Of a DNA stretch of 64,000 bases, positions 1-11,540 are shown in pieces. The stretch's first letter is position 1. Every line of letters begins with the position of its first letter. The position numbers and the translations under genes are program-made. Location: positions 69,316,001 to 69,380,000 of the forward strand of contig CM060731.1 in the NCBI GenBank assembly GCA_030704615.1, written 5' to 3'. Under the pieces are notes generated by a model. It made no database searches. It worked only from the letters and a program-made list of their open reading frames with translations, and was not told the origin of the DNA. Source of the stretch: Takakia lepidozioides (taxonomy: Eukaryota; Plantae; Bryophyta).

Positions 1-1584
1 GTCTTCTTCTTGCTTAGGGTGAGTCTTTTTATAGGACTTCTATCTGTCGCTCATTGTCCTTGCACCTTCGTTTCATTCTGCAGCGATGGAGGATGCTTGT
101 GAAAATGGTGGAGCGGACTGGGTGGATTTTGTGCACCAAACCAGACTGAAGAAGGAGCGAAGGTACTAGTACTCACCAGACGAGTTTGATCATAAAATAG
201 TGGAAGCATTTGTAGACCTCCGCGCCCGGAAGCCCAAAAGCTCGAATTGGCAGAAGGACAAGCTCTTCTGTCCCTTCTGTGAAGAGGTTATTAAGGACAA
301 AATCCAACTAAATCGGCATTGTGTTGACATGGGTTGCAAGTAGACTGTTGCAATGATTCCACGGGATTTCAAGCCTTGGCCGATACTGAAAGAAATGTTG
401 ATTGTCAAAGAGGCCACAATGCGCTTGCGCGGATCAGTGCTTGACCCCCGCACTCTGGAATTAGACGAAGTGCGCGCACGGTATGGCGTCCATTGTGGTG
501 GCCCGTCAATGGAGGATTTGCAAGTGCAGGGAACGCCGGACGTTCCCAGAAAACGTAAACTGAGTGATGGGGCCCAAAAGAAGGAGAGGCAAAAAAAAGG
601 AGAAGGCTGCAAGGTCTGCTCGCGAGGCAAGGGCAAAATCCACGCAACAGACTGAACCCCGTCCTGGGCGGCAGACCCACACCATCAGTACTGATACTGC
701 AAATGAATCTGCTTAGGGCCTGGAAGGGGTGACAAGTCCAGTGGACATTGACTTGCCTGACCAGACTTGGCAGCAGACTCACACAAATATCGCGACCTAT
801 GCCATCGGTTTAGGGTCAAAACCAAAAACTCAACAGAGCACTGAAGGGCCAGTCTGCCCTGGCACATTGCGCCTCGTTGACTTTGGGCTTTTCCCACCTG
901 AGTGCCCACCAATTGGGGATCCAGACTTCTTCTGTTATTTCTACAGAGTTGCCCAGTCAGGTCTGCTACGCACATTCATCCGACAGGCGGAACAGAACTG
1001 ATTGAACAGCTTTGAAGATGAAGATGACGATGATGAAGTAGAGGAGGTAATGGTCAGTCTGACCGCCCAGTCTGTTCTCTATGTTGTTTGAGTCCATCAT
1101 CGGGGGGTCACGTTGCCTATTCAGTCTGGTCAGTCCGCTGCGTTCTCTCCTCAGTCCGCTGGCTCACTCCGCTCATCAGTTAGTCTGTTTTATATCGCTG
1201 CATTACTTACTGAGTCCGTTTGTCAATCCGCTGGTCCAGGCCACTGGTATAGTCTACTAGTTGCCTCCACCCTACGTACGCACGTTACAGTCTGCTGGTC
1301 TGTGAGTCCAGTCCGCTGCATGAGGTGAATATAGAGTCCACGTCCATGTTCATGACGTCCAAGTTCTCTGCCGTGTAGCAGGATGAACGTGTTTCTATTC
1401 GTAGGGCCATTCAGGCTTGGTGGATACCTAGCAATGATGCTCATTTACAAGCGACTGCAGTGCGTGCGGAAGTGGACCGCGTGCGAGAGTACATATTATT
1501 GAAGTAACCTGGGTCATCTACTGCTATAGCAGCATTACATATTCAAGACGTGTCGGGGGGGAATGCGTTTGGGACAGCCGAGTC

Positions 1585-1765
1585 TGCCATCCAGTAGACT
1601 CCCATTCAGCAAGCCGTCATCCAGCAGACTCCCGTTCAGCAGCCTGTCATCCAGCAGACTCCCAACGAGCAGCCTGTCATCCTGCAGACTCCTCTCCAGG
1701 AGCCCATCATGCAGCCAATGCCAATGAGATGTCCTATCATCCAACAGACTGCGGACCAGCAAACT
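1585..1765 (+). repeat. 30-bp coding minisatellite (QQTPxQQPVI) in Ulp1 gene
   Basis: About 4 units of CAGCAGACTCCCNTTCAGCAGCCTGTCATC; explains the spurious minus-strand LLDDRLL ORFs. Confidence 0.85.
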
Positions 1766-2699
1766 GACCAGCAGATTGCCTTTCTCTTACATAGCACGGC
1801 GCTTTTTGCAGTTTGGCGATCGTCATCACCGGTAATTTGATCCGGAGCTGAAGACCTCACACTTCCCCGGCTTAGGGTGGGAGAAATTAATCCCCATTTG
1901 GATTGGCATAATGAGCTCCACCGGATTGTTGTGGACCGCCGGTGGTCATTTGTACCCTTTCATTATTCCATGGAGTTTTCTATTGAGGAAGCCAACCATG
2001 TTCTAGAAGCCGCCTCTGCTGTTGCCATTGAAGCCACAAGCGACCAAAATGCGCCGCCTCTACTTGTGCAGCTGATTCTCATGGATGACCCACGGCCTGA
2101 AGACCTCAGACATATGCCTATGGCATATCCAACCTTTGGGGTGCGAAGAAAGCACTTGTTCGGATTGACTGAGGAGGACTTTGAGCGCATGGCAGCTTCC
2201 TTCCTACAACACAGATGGATGCAATTTGGCAATTTCCGCTCATACAACAAGTTGATGAAGGATCTGCATAGTTTGAGGATGGACTTACTCCATGGAACAG
2301 ACCATTCACAGAAGTTTGTGGTGGATGACGCATTGCACTGGTTTGCATTGGTGATGGAGCGAGCAATATTCGACATTGTTTTGCAGAATCCCAATGTCTT
2401 CAAAGTCCTGTGGTGTGGGATCCCAACTGAAGACCGCATCGGCGCCATTGCTCATCTCGATGGAGCATGCCTGTGCCGGCAAATCAAGGACATTGGCCTT
2501 GTCGGAAATCTCTTGGAAGGTAAAATGTTATGGGCAATTTTCGTGTTTCAGCTCAATTTCTTTTGCCAACTTTTTTACAAGTTCACATTTGCATAAACAT
2601 GTGTTGCAGGACGAGTTGATCTGGGAGACAAGCAAGTGCAGGCTGCTTTCGACTCTTTTGCCAGAGGTGCAAGGGACCTTGTCCTGGCTTTACAAGGAG

Positions 2700-3965
2700 T
2701 TCGGGAGACTGTCCAGCAGACTGGCCACAAGAATGTCGAACAACATATTCCCCACGACACATGTGGGCAGACTGCCCAAGTCATGGAGACCGAGCATGTG
2801 CACCAGACCGTCCCGGGTAATAGGCCGGATCACTCCTAGCAGACTGCCCCGCACACACATACTCAGTATGTGCAAACAGTACTGAGCGGGCAGCGAACTT
2901 TGCAGACTTTGCAGCAGACCGGAGAACAGACCGGCCAACAGACTGCCCCTCAGCCGACTGTGCAGCAGACCAGCGAACATGGCCACCAGACTGCCCCTCA
3001 GCAGACTGTACAACAGACCGACGAATCCAGCCAGCAGATTGCCCCTCAGCAGACTGTGCAACACACTGGCGAACCCACTCAGCAGATGGCCGAGCAGACT
3101 ATCCAGGAGACTAACAGCCAGTCTGTTCCCTGGATTGTGCAACAGACTCGGATGCACTGGCCTCACCGGGACCCTGTGGACGAATTTCTGCTGAGTTCCC
3201 AACAACATGTTTTTGGATCTGCCAGTATGAGTGTTTTGACCGAGTCCATTTTTCCCCCAGGCACATTCACTGAAGACGTCATCAGGTCACCGATAAAGCA
3301 TTCTTATCCAGCTCTCCGTGGCCTGCCTTCTATGACCTTCCAGCTTAGTCCCGTTTTCGTGCGCTCAGTGGCGAAAGCGAAAGCCATAGATGAGTCTTAC
3401 GTGATGACCGAACTCAATCTGGGAACGCAAAACCGTATCATAGATCTTACAGAAGAGTCTGAGGAAGCAATTGCCGGTGGGTCTTCCATACATATTCTTG
3501 ATGTTTCCCAAGTCCATGGAGATCCGAACACCCAGCCGGCTGTCCACCAGACTGACCAGCACACTGAACAGTGGACACATGGAAGGACTGCCAAGCAACC
3601 TGTGGCGGGGCAGCATACTGTCTTCATTGATGAGCAGACTGAACCGCAGACTAACCAGCAGACTGCACAGGTCACAGATGGAAGGACTGACCAGGATGGC
3701 TCGGAGCGGCAGACTGCACAGCTCAGCTCTGACTGCACAGTTCAGACTGCACGGCCTGACCAGCACACTGCACACTTCACAAAGGGAAGGATTGACGACC
3801 AACCTGCCACCGAGCACATTGCCCACATTGAGGAAGAGATTGAACCGCAGAGTTGCCAGCAGACTGCACAGTTCACAGACGAAAGGACTGACGAAGAACC
3901 GGCGGCCGAGCAGACTGCCCACATTGAGCAACAGACTGAACATGCTGGCAGGCACACTGACAATG
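2700..3965 (+). repeat. Degenerate CAGCAGACT-based coding repeats (Q/T-rich linker)
   Basis: Recurring QQT/EQTA units in ORF 2870-4081. Confidence 0.8.
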
Positions 3966-6425
3966 AACCACATGCATCGCAGACACCGTCTGGTATAGCG
4001 CTAGATTACATGGAGTTTGCTCCCTCACCCCTTGGGCAGGTTGTGTCATTTCCTCTTTCAGGACTGTTGTTTATGTTTTAGCACATTGTGAAATTGGGCT
4101 AATTCGTCATTTTGCTCGGTATCCTCACAGGATGTTCGTCCCTCCGTCGGTAGACTGTCTACTTCTGAGGACATGACATCTTCCGCCCATGCTGCAAACG
4201 TGGGATCGACAACCAAGAAAGGTGTGGGGGTGAGCACGCCCCCCGATGCGCGGGTCAGTTCTACGCATGCGACCCACGAAGCTGCAAAGACAGGTCCAGC
4301 AAGTGTAAACCTGCTGACCAGCCTCTGTTGCGAAGTAGGGCGGCAGCACTACGTTTGTCTGCTCTATCCAGCCCGCCTACAGCTGTCCCTGCTTCCCAGG
4401 GGAGAGGCAAAGCCAAGAAGCGGACTGTCGTGGACCATGCTGAGGAGGTCGAGGAGGGTCCGAGTACCAAGAGACCAGCGAATAAAAAGTCTGGCGTCTT
4501 TATGAACAAGTACCGCAAGCTGGCCTTGGACATGGACAAAGATGTGGGTCGTTTCCTGGAGCAGCACAGGTGAGTACTGTGCTCAGTCTCCTCGTCTGTC
4601 TTTGTCGTTAAGTGCTTTGCGCTCTGCTGTGGTCAGTCTGCTGCTGGTTTCATCATTGTCTGTTGTGGTTAGTCTTGTCAGTCTGATGAATTGTTCAGCC
4701 TGTAGAATGTTTGGTACCATGTTGACGTCAGTCTGTTCAGTACATGAGGCTTCCCGAAGGATGGTCTGCTCTGTGCAGGATGGGTGCTCGGTTTGGCAAA
4801 ACACATGCTCTGCACGTGAAGGCGGGTAATTCCATGCTGATGTTTTTTGAAGAGGACCCACGGTTTGAATGCGGACTGTCGCCGGATGACATAAAGGCGC
4901 TCCAGAAGGTTGAGTCAGAGTGCACAGATAGACTCCTGGAGCTGTGGTGTCGATTCTATGAGAAATCGGTTGAGGCTGCGTTCACCAACACTATTGCTGT
5001 TCTTCCAACATCGATGTGGACGGTGTTGAAGTCATTGGGGGTGGGGCAACATGAAAGCCTTCTGGAGGTCTTGAAAGGTTGCCTCAGCACTGAATGACTG
5101 GGCAATGACTTGAAAGAGTGCGATTTCATTTTGGTGCCAATTGGGGACGAGTAAGAACTCTTCCGAGTCTGCTGAGACTGTCTCCTGAGTCATAGTCTGG
5201 TTTCGTAGTGTCGTCTTGACTCTGAGTGATTAATTTGACCTCTGTATTTGTGCAGTGGACTGGGTTTGAAGATTGAGTCTGCTGAGTGGTCGGTCTGCTG
5301 AGTGTCAGTCTGCTGAGTCTACCCATCATGATTGTGCAATGACGCCATGTTGTTTGATACCATTGCAGGGGGCACTGGAGTGTTTGTATCATCGACCTCC
5401 GCAAGGGCTGTTACACTCACCTGAACTCTATCAGGGACTCGCATAAATGTCCCTTTGTTCTAGGGTGGATTCGGAAGCTTCATGCTGGGTGCTTAGGGTA
5501 CTCGATGGACTCACCAGAGTGGCATGAGATTGTCCAAGCATTTCAGTTCCACGCGCCTGATGTGCCCCAACAACCATTCAGCTGGGAGTGTGGCTTTTAC
5601 GTCATGTCATTCATTCAAGTGTTTTATGAGTGGGTAAAAGTCAGAGCAAATGTCTCCAAGACTGCAAAACCAGAGAGAGGAACACCTTTCACAAAGGACT
5701 GGTTTACTTTCAAGTTTGCACTTGGGTAGTGAATGCAGTGTGCCCAGTATATTGTGCGGGGGTTGGACAATGTAGAGAAACTGCTCTCATGAGTATGATG
5801 TACTTGTCCTGTGAAGTCTATGTACCGAAATAAAATTGCGAGTCTTTTCGTTACTATTCCAGTGGTGATGAGCACTTTTGTGTACTGTGGGTGCTGGCAT
5901 GTTTTGTAATGTTGTCACTAAACTCAATGGACACAATGGTGTCATTTTTCCATGCACTATGCACCCGAGTCTGCTGAGCTTGAATGTGCGAGCAGTACGC
6001 TGCCGAGGCTAGGACTGGTTCTGGTACCTAGTCTGGTAGGCACCATGTCCATGACTCCGCTGGGACGCTGGATTGGCATGAGTCGTTAGGGAGGTAGTCC
6101 ACTGGAGCCTGTCCATTTTGAGTCTGCTGTTGTGGATGAGTCTGCTTGAGACTTAGTCTGTCCAGCAGTCTGTTGGAAGAGTTGCAGGGATGAGGTGGAA
6201 GTGTGGTGAGCAGACTTTTGGAATGGGCAGCAGACTGACCAGCAGACTGGCTTACTGGCGCTCGCAGTCTGTTGACTGTGACTCTGTTGGGAGACTGCGT
6301 GAGTCCGTTGGGAGACTATGCTTGGGAGACTGTGTGGGAGTCAGTTGGGAGACTGGAGGAGTCCGTTGGGAGACTGTGCATTAGTCCATTGCGGACTTGT
6401 ATTTCAGAAAGGGACAATGCTATCA

Positions 6426-6625
6426 GAGGAATTGCAGACTTATATTGTCTTCTTCGTGACACCTACACGACGTGAAACCTTGTCTCTTTTCGAGGAATTG
6501 CAGACTTATATTGTCTTCTCTGTGACACCTACACAACATGAAACCTTGTCTCTCTTCGAGGCATTGCAGACTTATATTGTCTTCTTCGTGACATCTACAC
6601 GACTTGAAACCTTGCGAATTTTCGA
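6426..6625. repeat. 66-bp tandem repeat x3 at transposase 3' end
   Basis: GAGGAATTGCAGACTTATATTGTCTTC... starts at 6426, 6492 and 6558. Confidence 0.9.
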
Positions 6626-9600
6626 GTATATATGTGCTGCAGGTGCAGGTGCAAACACCCTCTTGCTGGTTCTCCGCAAACCCTAGGCCGGGTTTTCCAG
6701 GCCTCCACGAAATCTCGTCTCCTTTTCAGAGACATGTTGTTGTTGTCGTTCAGAGGACGGAAAGCCTTCGCTGCCGTAGGGTGCAACATTCCAGCCGCAC
6801 TTTTCGCCAGGATATCAACGAGCTGACCTCTGCACATATGAAGAGCAGATCAGGCATGTGCCTCCAGGTATTTGTCATCACCTACAATGCGAAGTATGTC
6901 CGCGAATTCTTATTCCATTGAGGCTGAGACCTCCAGAGGTGCCTCGTCGTAGGGGAAGTCATCCGGAGGATGTCTTTCCATGAACTGATTGGATTCGTCG
7001 TTGCGGCCGGCACCATTGCCCAAGAGCAAGTTAGGTAATCCTCCATGAATGGTTCCCAGCGTCGTGCCACAAGCGCGCATAAGGAGGCCATCCTGCAGGT
7101 CAGGGTGAAGCATCTTCAGGACACGGACCTGATGCTTGCATAAGTTTCCCTTCATTGCCACGTGCAACAACCCCAATCGCAATCAGGATTGTAAACAATG
7201 TATGTTGTGCCGGGGTGGTTGTTGCTAAGAACGTAGGCTGGTTCACCAGGACCCAAGGGAAGAGTAACACTCTCAGCAGAAATGTCTCGTGCCGCAAGTA
7301 TAGAACTGGATATGTACTTTTCGTGTTTGTCATTTCTTATGAACCCGTGGGTCTTCAAATGGATTGCGTACCAGTAGTGTGTTAGCACACGGCCAGTGAG
7401 TTCCCATATAAGCCAGTCCACTCTACGACCACTCATCTTGCCTTTCCCCATGGCAAGTCTTGCCTTCAGATTTCAATGGTATGCCTCAATGCTTGCGTTT
7501 GTGTCTTGGCTCGCATGAGGGACATGGCGGGCTGCTGTACACCACATTGCTATTTTGGACTTCCAGTATTGTTCGATATAGTCAAGAAATTCATGTCCTT
7601 TCGGGTATTTTGACCTCATACGACGGATTCTCCTTGCCACCCACCGAAGCGCTCTTTTCTCGTTGCGTGGTCCTCCTCTACAGTACATGAGGTCTCCCAT
7701 ATCCTTCAACAAGTTTACAACGGTCACCGGATCCTTCGTTTTCTTGCATGATTGCTTCACCCATGCCTTGCGGACATGCCAAAGGCAGAGGAAAATGAGT
7801 ACTCCTTCAAAAACAATTCTGCACAACACACATGGTACACATTAGAGTCTTAGGATCGGACTGCAATGGTGGACTACCGGAGTGGACTGTAACAGCGACG
7901 TGTATCAGCGGGCAGAGCCACTGGACTTGCCCAGTGGACAGTACAATGCCATGACGTTGATGTGCTGGAATAACCCCATTGGACTTCCCCTAGCTAGAAC
8001 TGGGGCAGCGGACTGCCCCATTGGACTGCCACAGCGGACTGCCGAGTGGACTTGGCAGTGGACGGCCGACCCCAGGGACTGCTGAGTGGACTTGGCAGCG
8101 GACTACCGAGCGGACTTGTCAGGGGATTGATGAGCGGACTTGACAGCGGACTACAAGTGGATTTGCCCAGCGAACTGCCATCGGGTTTCGCCACAGGAGT
8201 CTGCCAGTGGACTGTAGCAATGGACTGCTGCAGTGGACCTCGACAATGGACCGGTGCTGTGGACCAACAGACTTACCGAATAGCGTTGATTTCTGCTTCG
8301 GCATCGTCTACAATGAAGGCATTGGGTCGCCAGCTCGGCAAATCTGCGAGGAGTGAATCGCGCAAGGCTCTCATCCACGGAACCAGGTCTCTTGTCCGAT
8401 TCCACGCGGATAGGATATAGGCAACTGGTATACCGTTCAACCACTCGTCGAAGACCATCAATGTGTACAATGGGAACTGTTGGAATGCACAATGTAAGAT
8501 GGTCAGAGCATGCAAATTCCGCTCAGTTCTGCACGAGAAGACTTCATAAGAGTGATGAGGTCTGCAGCGGTTCACAATGGGTCTGCCCCTCGGTCTTCCG
8601 CAACGTACACATGAAAACATACAGAAAGGGTCAGCACACCAAATTTTATGTGAATGTTGCATGGTACTATGCTATCATGCTCGTACAAGTCCATGGAATC
8701 GTTCGAATAGTACCTTGTCATAATTTGTCCCAAAGGTTGCATCACATGCAACGATACGGTCATGTCCTAGTTCCAGCATTCGTCGTTTCTGCCACGGAGT
8801 CTGTATGCCAATAGTGAATGTCAAATCTCCATCAAAATGCTCGAATGATGGCTCTAATTTCTCCTCTTGATAGAAAAAACGGACGCAGGATTCTGGTCTC
8901 TCCACATGCGCACACTCTCTGCATCATCGGCGTGCTTTTTGAAGGTTTGCCACGCACGTTTCTCGGCAAGGTTGCGAACATCTTGCTCCAACAAGAAATC
9001 ATCGCGGGTCCATGCATCGCCCAAGCCGGTGTTGTTCATCACGTGCTCTTTATGCTCCATCATGATTTGGGCGACCGACAGGCCTCGGCACAAACACTCG
9101 ACGACCCAGGCTTTCAATTCCTCGCTAATGTGTGGTGCATAGGCGTGGCGGGTGTTCCAGAACTCTGCGGACTTCCCATGCGAGGGTTTCCCTTGCGCAT
9201 CTGTATGCTCCATGTTGTTGTAGTACGTGATGACACAGATGTCAGGGGCAAGATAGCATTGCTGGACCTTGAAACAGCATTGGCAACCACGTTTGTAAGA
9301 CTCTCCATACTCCGACTTCTTTCTCCTTGGGCCTTTATGATGGCAAGATGTTCCAGCACCCACAAGAGGTCCTCCACGCTTCTGTTTTGGATCCTCCACT
9401 ATTGCCTTGTTGTGCGCTTGTCATCAGGACCGTAGCAGCATTAATACCTGGACAAAAAATTCTAAAATCGATATCCAACGACTTGAGGAAGCATAAAATC
9501 AGAGAACTCGTGAAACAAAAAATGGCAACAGACATGCAATGAAACGTCAAAATGACTGAGGATGGTGCACACATAATACTGGACAGAACTGTGTTGGCTC

Positions 9601-9895
9601 TGGGTGCTTTTCGCGAGCCGGGTTCTACTTTAAAATGGACATTCACCCAAAACTGAGTGGGGTAGTCCTCCAAACTCTCCTCTCCCAGGACGAAGTCACC
9701 AACTCTATCCCAAGGTATGCAGACATTTTCAACATTCACTCGCACACCCATAAATCCATATTGCGTCTCACTCTTCCAATGGAGATCCTTCCTGTTGAAG
9801 GGTCCTGGTTTTGCTGTTTGCAAACATTGTCGAAGAGGCCGTATAAGCGGGCTTTCCGTGATCAGTATATCATCGGGTTTTGCTTCCACGTCCAT
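6595..9895 (-). pseudogene. MULE (MuDR-like) DDE transposase with SWIM zinc finger, disrupted
   Basis: Motifs KRGCQCCFKV (WRKY/FAR1-like), DATFGTNYDK|FPLYTLMVFD (intron 8477-8713), FIVDDAEAE, intron 7819-8276, CLWHVRKAW, TNASIEAYH, and SWIM CDWGCC..GNLCKH. Stops/frameshifts near 9440, 8880, 7473 and 7155. Confidence 0.9.
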
Positions 9896-10660
9896 GCCCT
9901 ATACAGTATAAAGGACACGCTTCTGAACATGCAAGAAACGCGCCGCAGTACATGACACGATCGACAACGTGCATGGTGAGTGTGAGAGTCTTGTGTTGAT
10001 TGATGTAGTAACGAAAAAATCCTTCACTTTCACTGCCACCTCTGCAGCGTGAAACGCGTATGCACAGATTCTGTTAACACAGCACCCAAAAAACAAGGGA
10101 CAGAAGGGTCAATACATGTACCTCGAACATAGACACAGGGCCACACCGGAATGTCTTCCTCAATCGCCCATATATACCCAGCTCCTCATAGGTCATGCCC
10201 ATATCAATCTCGTCGTTCTGAAAAAGCAACATACATGAGAGCTGCTAGAGACGTATAAAGTTTGCACCACTGCATTGAAACATAGTACATGCACCAGTTG
10301 TGAACACATTCTTTCAGAACCAAGACTTCTTCAGAATGTACAGTAAGATCAGACCACATTCAAATAACCAGGATCCGCAGCCATCGTGTCCACTGCTGTT
10401 TCAATGCTTTGAATTAGGGTGACTACTTCATAACAGATATGGACCTATCAAGTTTCTGTTACAGCCAATTGATAAAAAGGCTAATGTACCTGTGTGTACT
10501 TCTCTTTGATGGGCTCCAATTTTGCTGCTGGCAGCGCACCTTCAATTTCTGCTAGGGTTTTGAACCCAAGGTTATCAGCAACCCACCTTAAAGCCCGTCC
10601 CATAACAATTTAAATGTTGTAATCCAGCAATCACCCCAAGGGTAGTGGAGCTAGGAAAAA

Positions 10661-10923
10661 GAAACGGTTGCATGGATGGTAAGATGAAGACCTTGGTGAG
10701 GTAGCCCCGAAGACCTTCATCGACATTTGCACTTCCAAGCACAAGCAGGAAACCAGGCTTACTCCGCACCCATTGCATGAGAGAAGCTATAGTTGGAACG
10801 GTTGCATTGATGGTAAGATGAAGACCTTGGTGAGGTAGCCCTGAAGACCTTCATCGACATTTGCACTTCCAAGCACAAGCAGGAAACCAGGCTTACTCTG
10901 CACCCATTGCATGAGAGAAGCTA
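10661..10923. repeat. ~134-bp tandem duplication of a NAD synthetase exon end plus donor site
   Basis: GATGGTAAGATGAAGACCTTGGTGAGGTAGCCC...GAGAGAAGCTA occurs twice with few differences. Confidence 0.9.
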
Positions 10924-11395
10924 GCCTAACCGCCATCACCATGTGAATACGGCTTGTATGTTTTGCAAAGCTCTGTCTGTGTTCCTCCGTGCACCTTATT
11001 TGCAGCCCATTGCCACCCCCATCGGGACTTTGACTTCAAACCACATATGTATCAAAGTAGCAAGAAAATTGAATCCTCTGGGGTTTGACACTCTCAAACG
11101 TGAGGTAGAAAGACAACGTTAGGTCACTCTTTGCGCAGTTTTTTAACCATAACATACTAGCACCCTCTCCAGAGAGTATATGTATATTGTAATTTGTGAC
11201 CTCAAATGTATATTCACTGATACCATGTCAGAGAAAAACAACCTGATGCCAGACACAATATGGAAGGACAAAATAGATCAACACATCTGCTCGAGGTTAT
11301 GGGAATCAAACAGGCTGAAGGAACTGAATGACATATAAAAGAAACTGGTTGCTACTTTTCTGTATCAGATGAAGATGGAGGGACGTGAAATACAG

Positions 11396-11540
11396 CTCAG
11401 AAGGCACCCGAGACTGGGCTAAGCTGTTGGCAGCAGAGATCGTTGCCTCACATTTAAACGTCAATATTGATGTGGTCGTTAAACCCTTGCTTGAATCACT
11501 ATTTGACACTATATTCCCGGGCAAGAAACTAAAGTACAAG
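11396..11540 (+). pseudogene. Inverted NAD synthetase exon
   Basis: TACAG|c SEGTRDWAKLLAAEIVASHLNVNIDVVV..GKKLKYK|GTATGG lies on the + strand, while flanking exons are on the - strand; splice phases match both neighbours. Confidence 0.85.

Larger units (their letters stand above)
86..5729 (+). pseudogene. Transposon-borne Ulp1 (C48) SUMO-protease-like gene with N-terminal CxxC..H..C zinc finger and QT-rich repeats
   Basis: GT-AG exons ~86-1046, 1382-2519, 2610-4039, 4131-4569, 4779-5150, 5369-5729 join in compatible phases, apart from frameshifts near 590 and 4325. Spliced C-terminus reads DFILVPIGDE|GHWSVCIID...HLNS...VPQQPFSWECGFYVM (C48 His and Gln/Cys motifs). N-terminus has CPFCEEVIKDKIQLNRHCVDMGC. 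Several in-frame stops. Confidence 0.8.
1..9970. mobile_element. Decayed Mutator-like element (MULE) with transposase and Ulp1-protease gene (KAONASHI/VANDAL-like gene content); left end outside window, right terminus not found
   Basis: Convergent Ulp1/C48 gene (+) and MULE-DDE+SWIM transposase (-). Both share RGACT/AGTCY-rich introns and both carry stops/frameshifts. No TIR or TSD identified. Confidence 0.8.

Noticed and set aside
86-1046. Separate third MULE gene (VANC-like)
   Set aside because: It splices in phase (GT at 1047, AG at 1381) into the Ulp1 gene, so it is more simply that protein's N-terminus.
1535-3998. Antisense/alternate-frame ORFs over the QT repeats
   Set aside because: By-products of low-complexity CAGACT repeats.
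167-5097. Stops rescued by U-to-C RNA editing
   Set aside because: That editing is organellar; this is intron-containing nuclear TE DNA that also has frameshifts.
6426-6625. CRISPR-like array (also 52571-53015)
   Set aside because: Contiguous tandem units without unique spacers, no cas genes, eukaryotic context.
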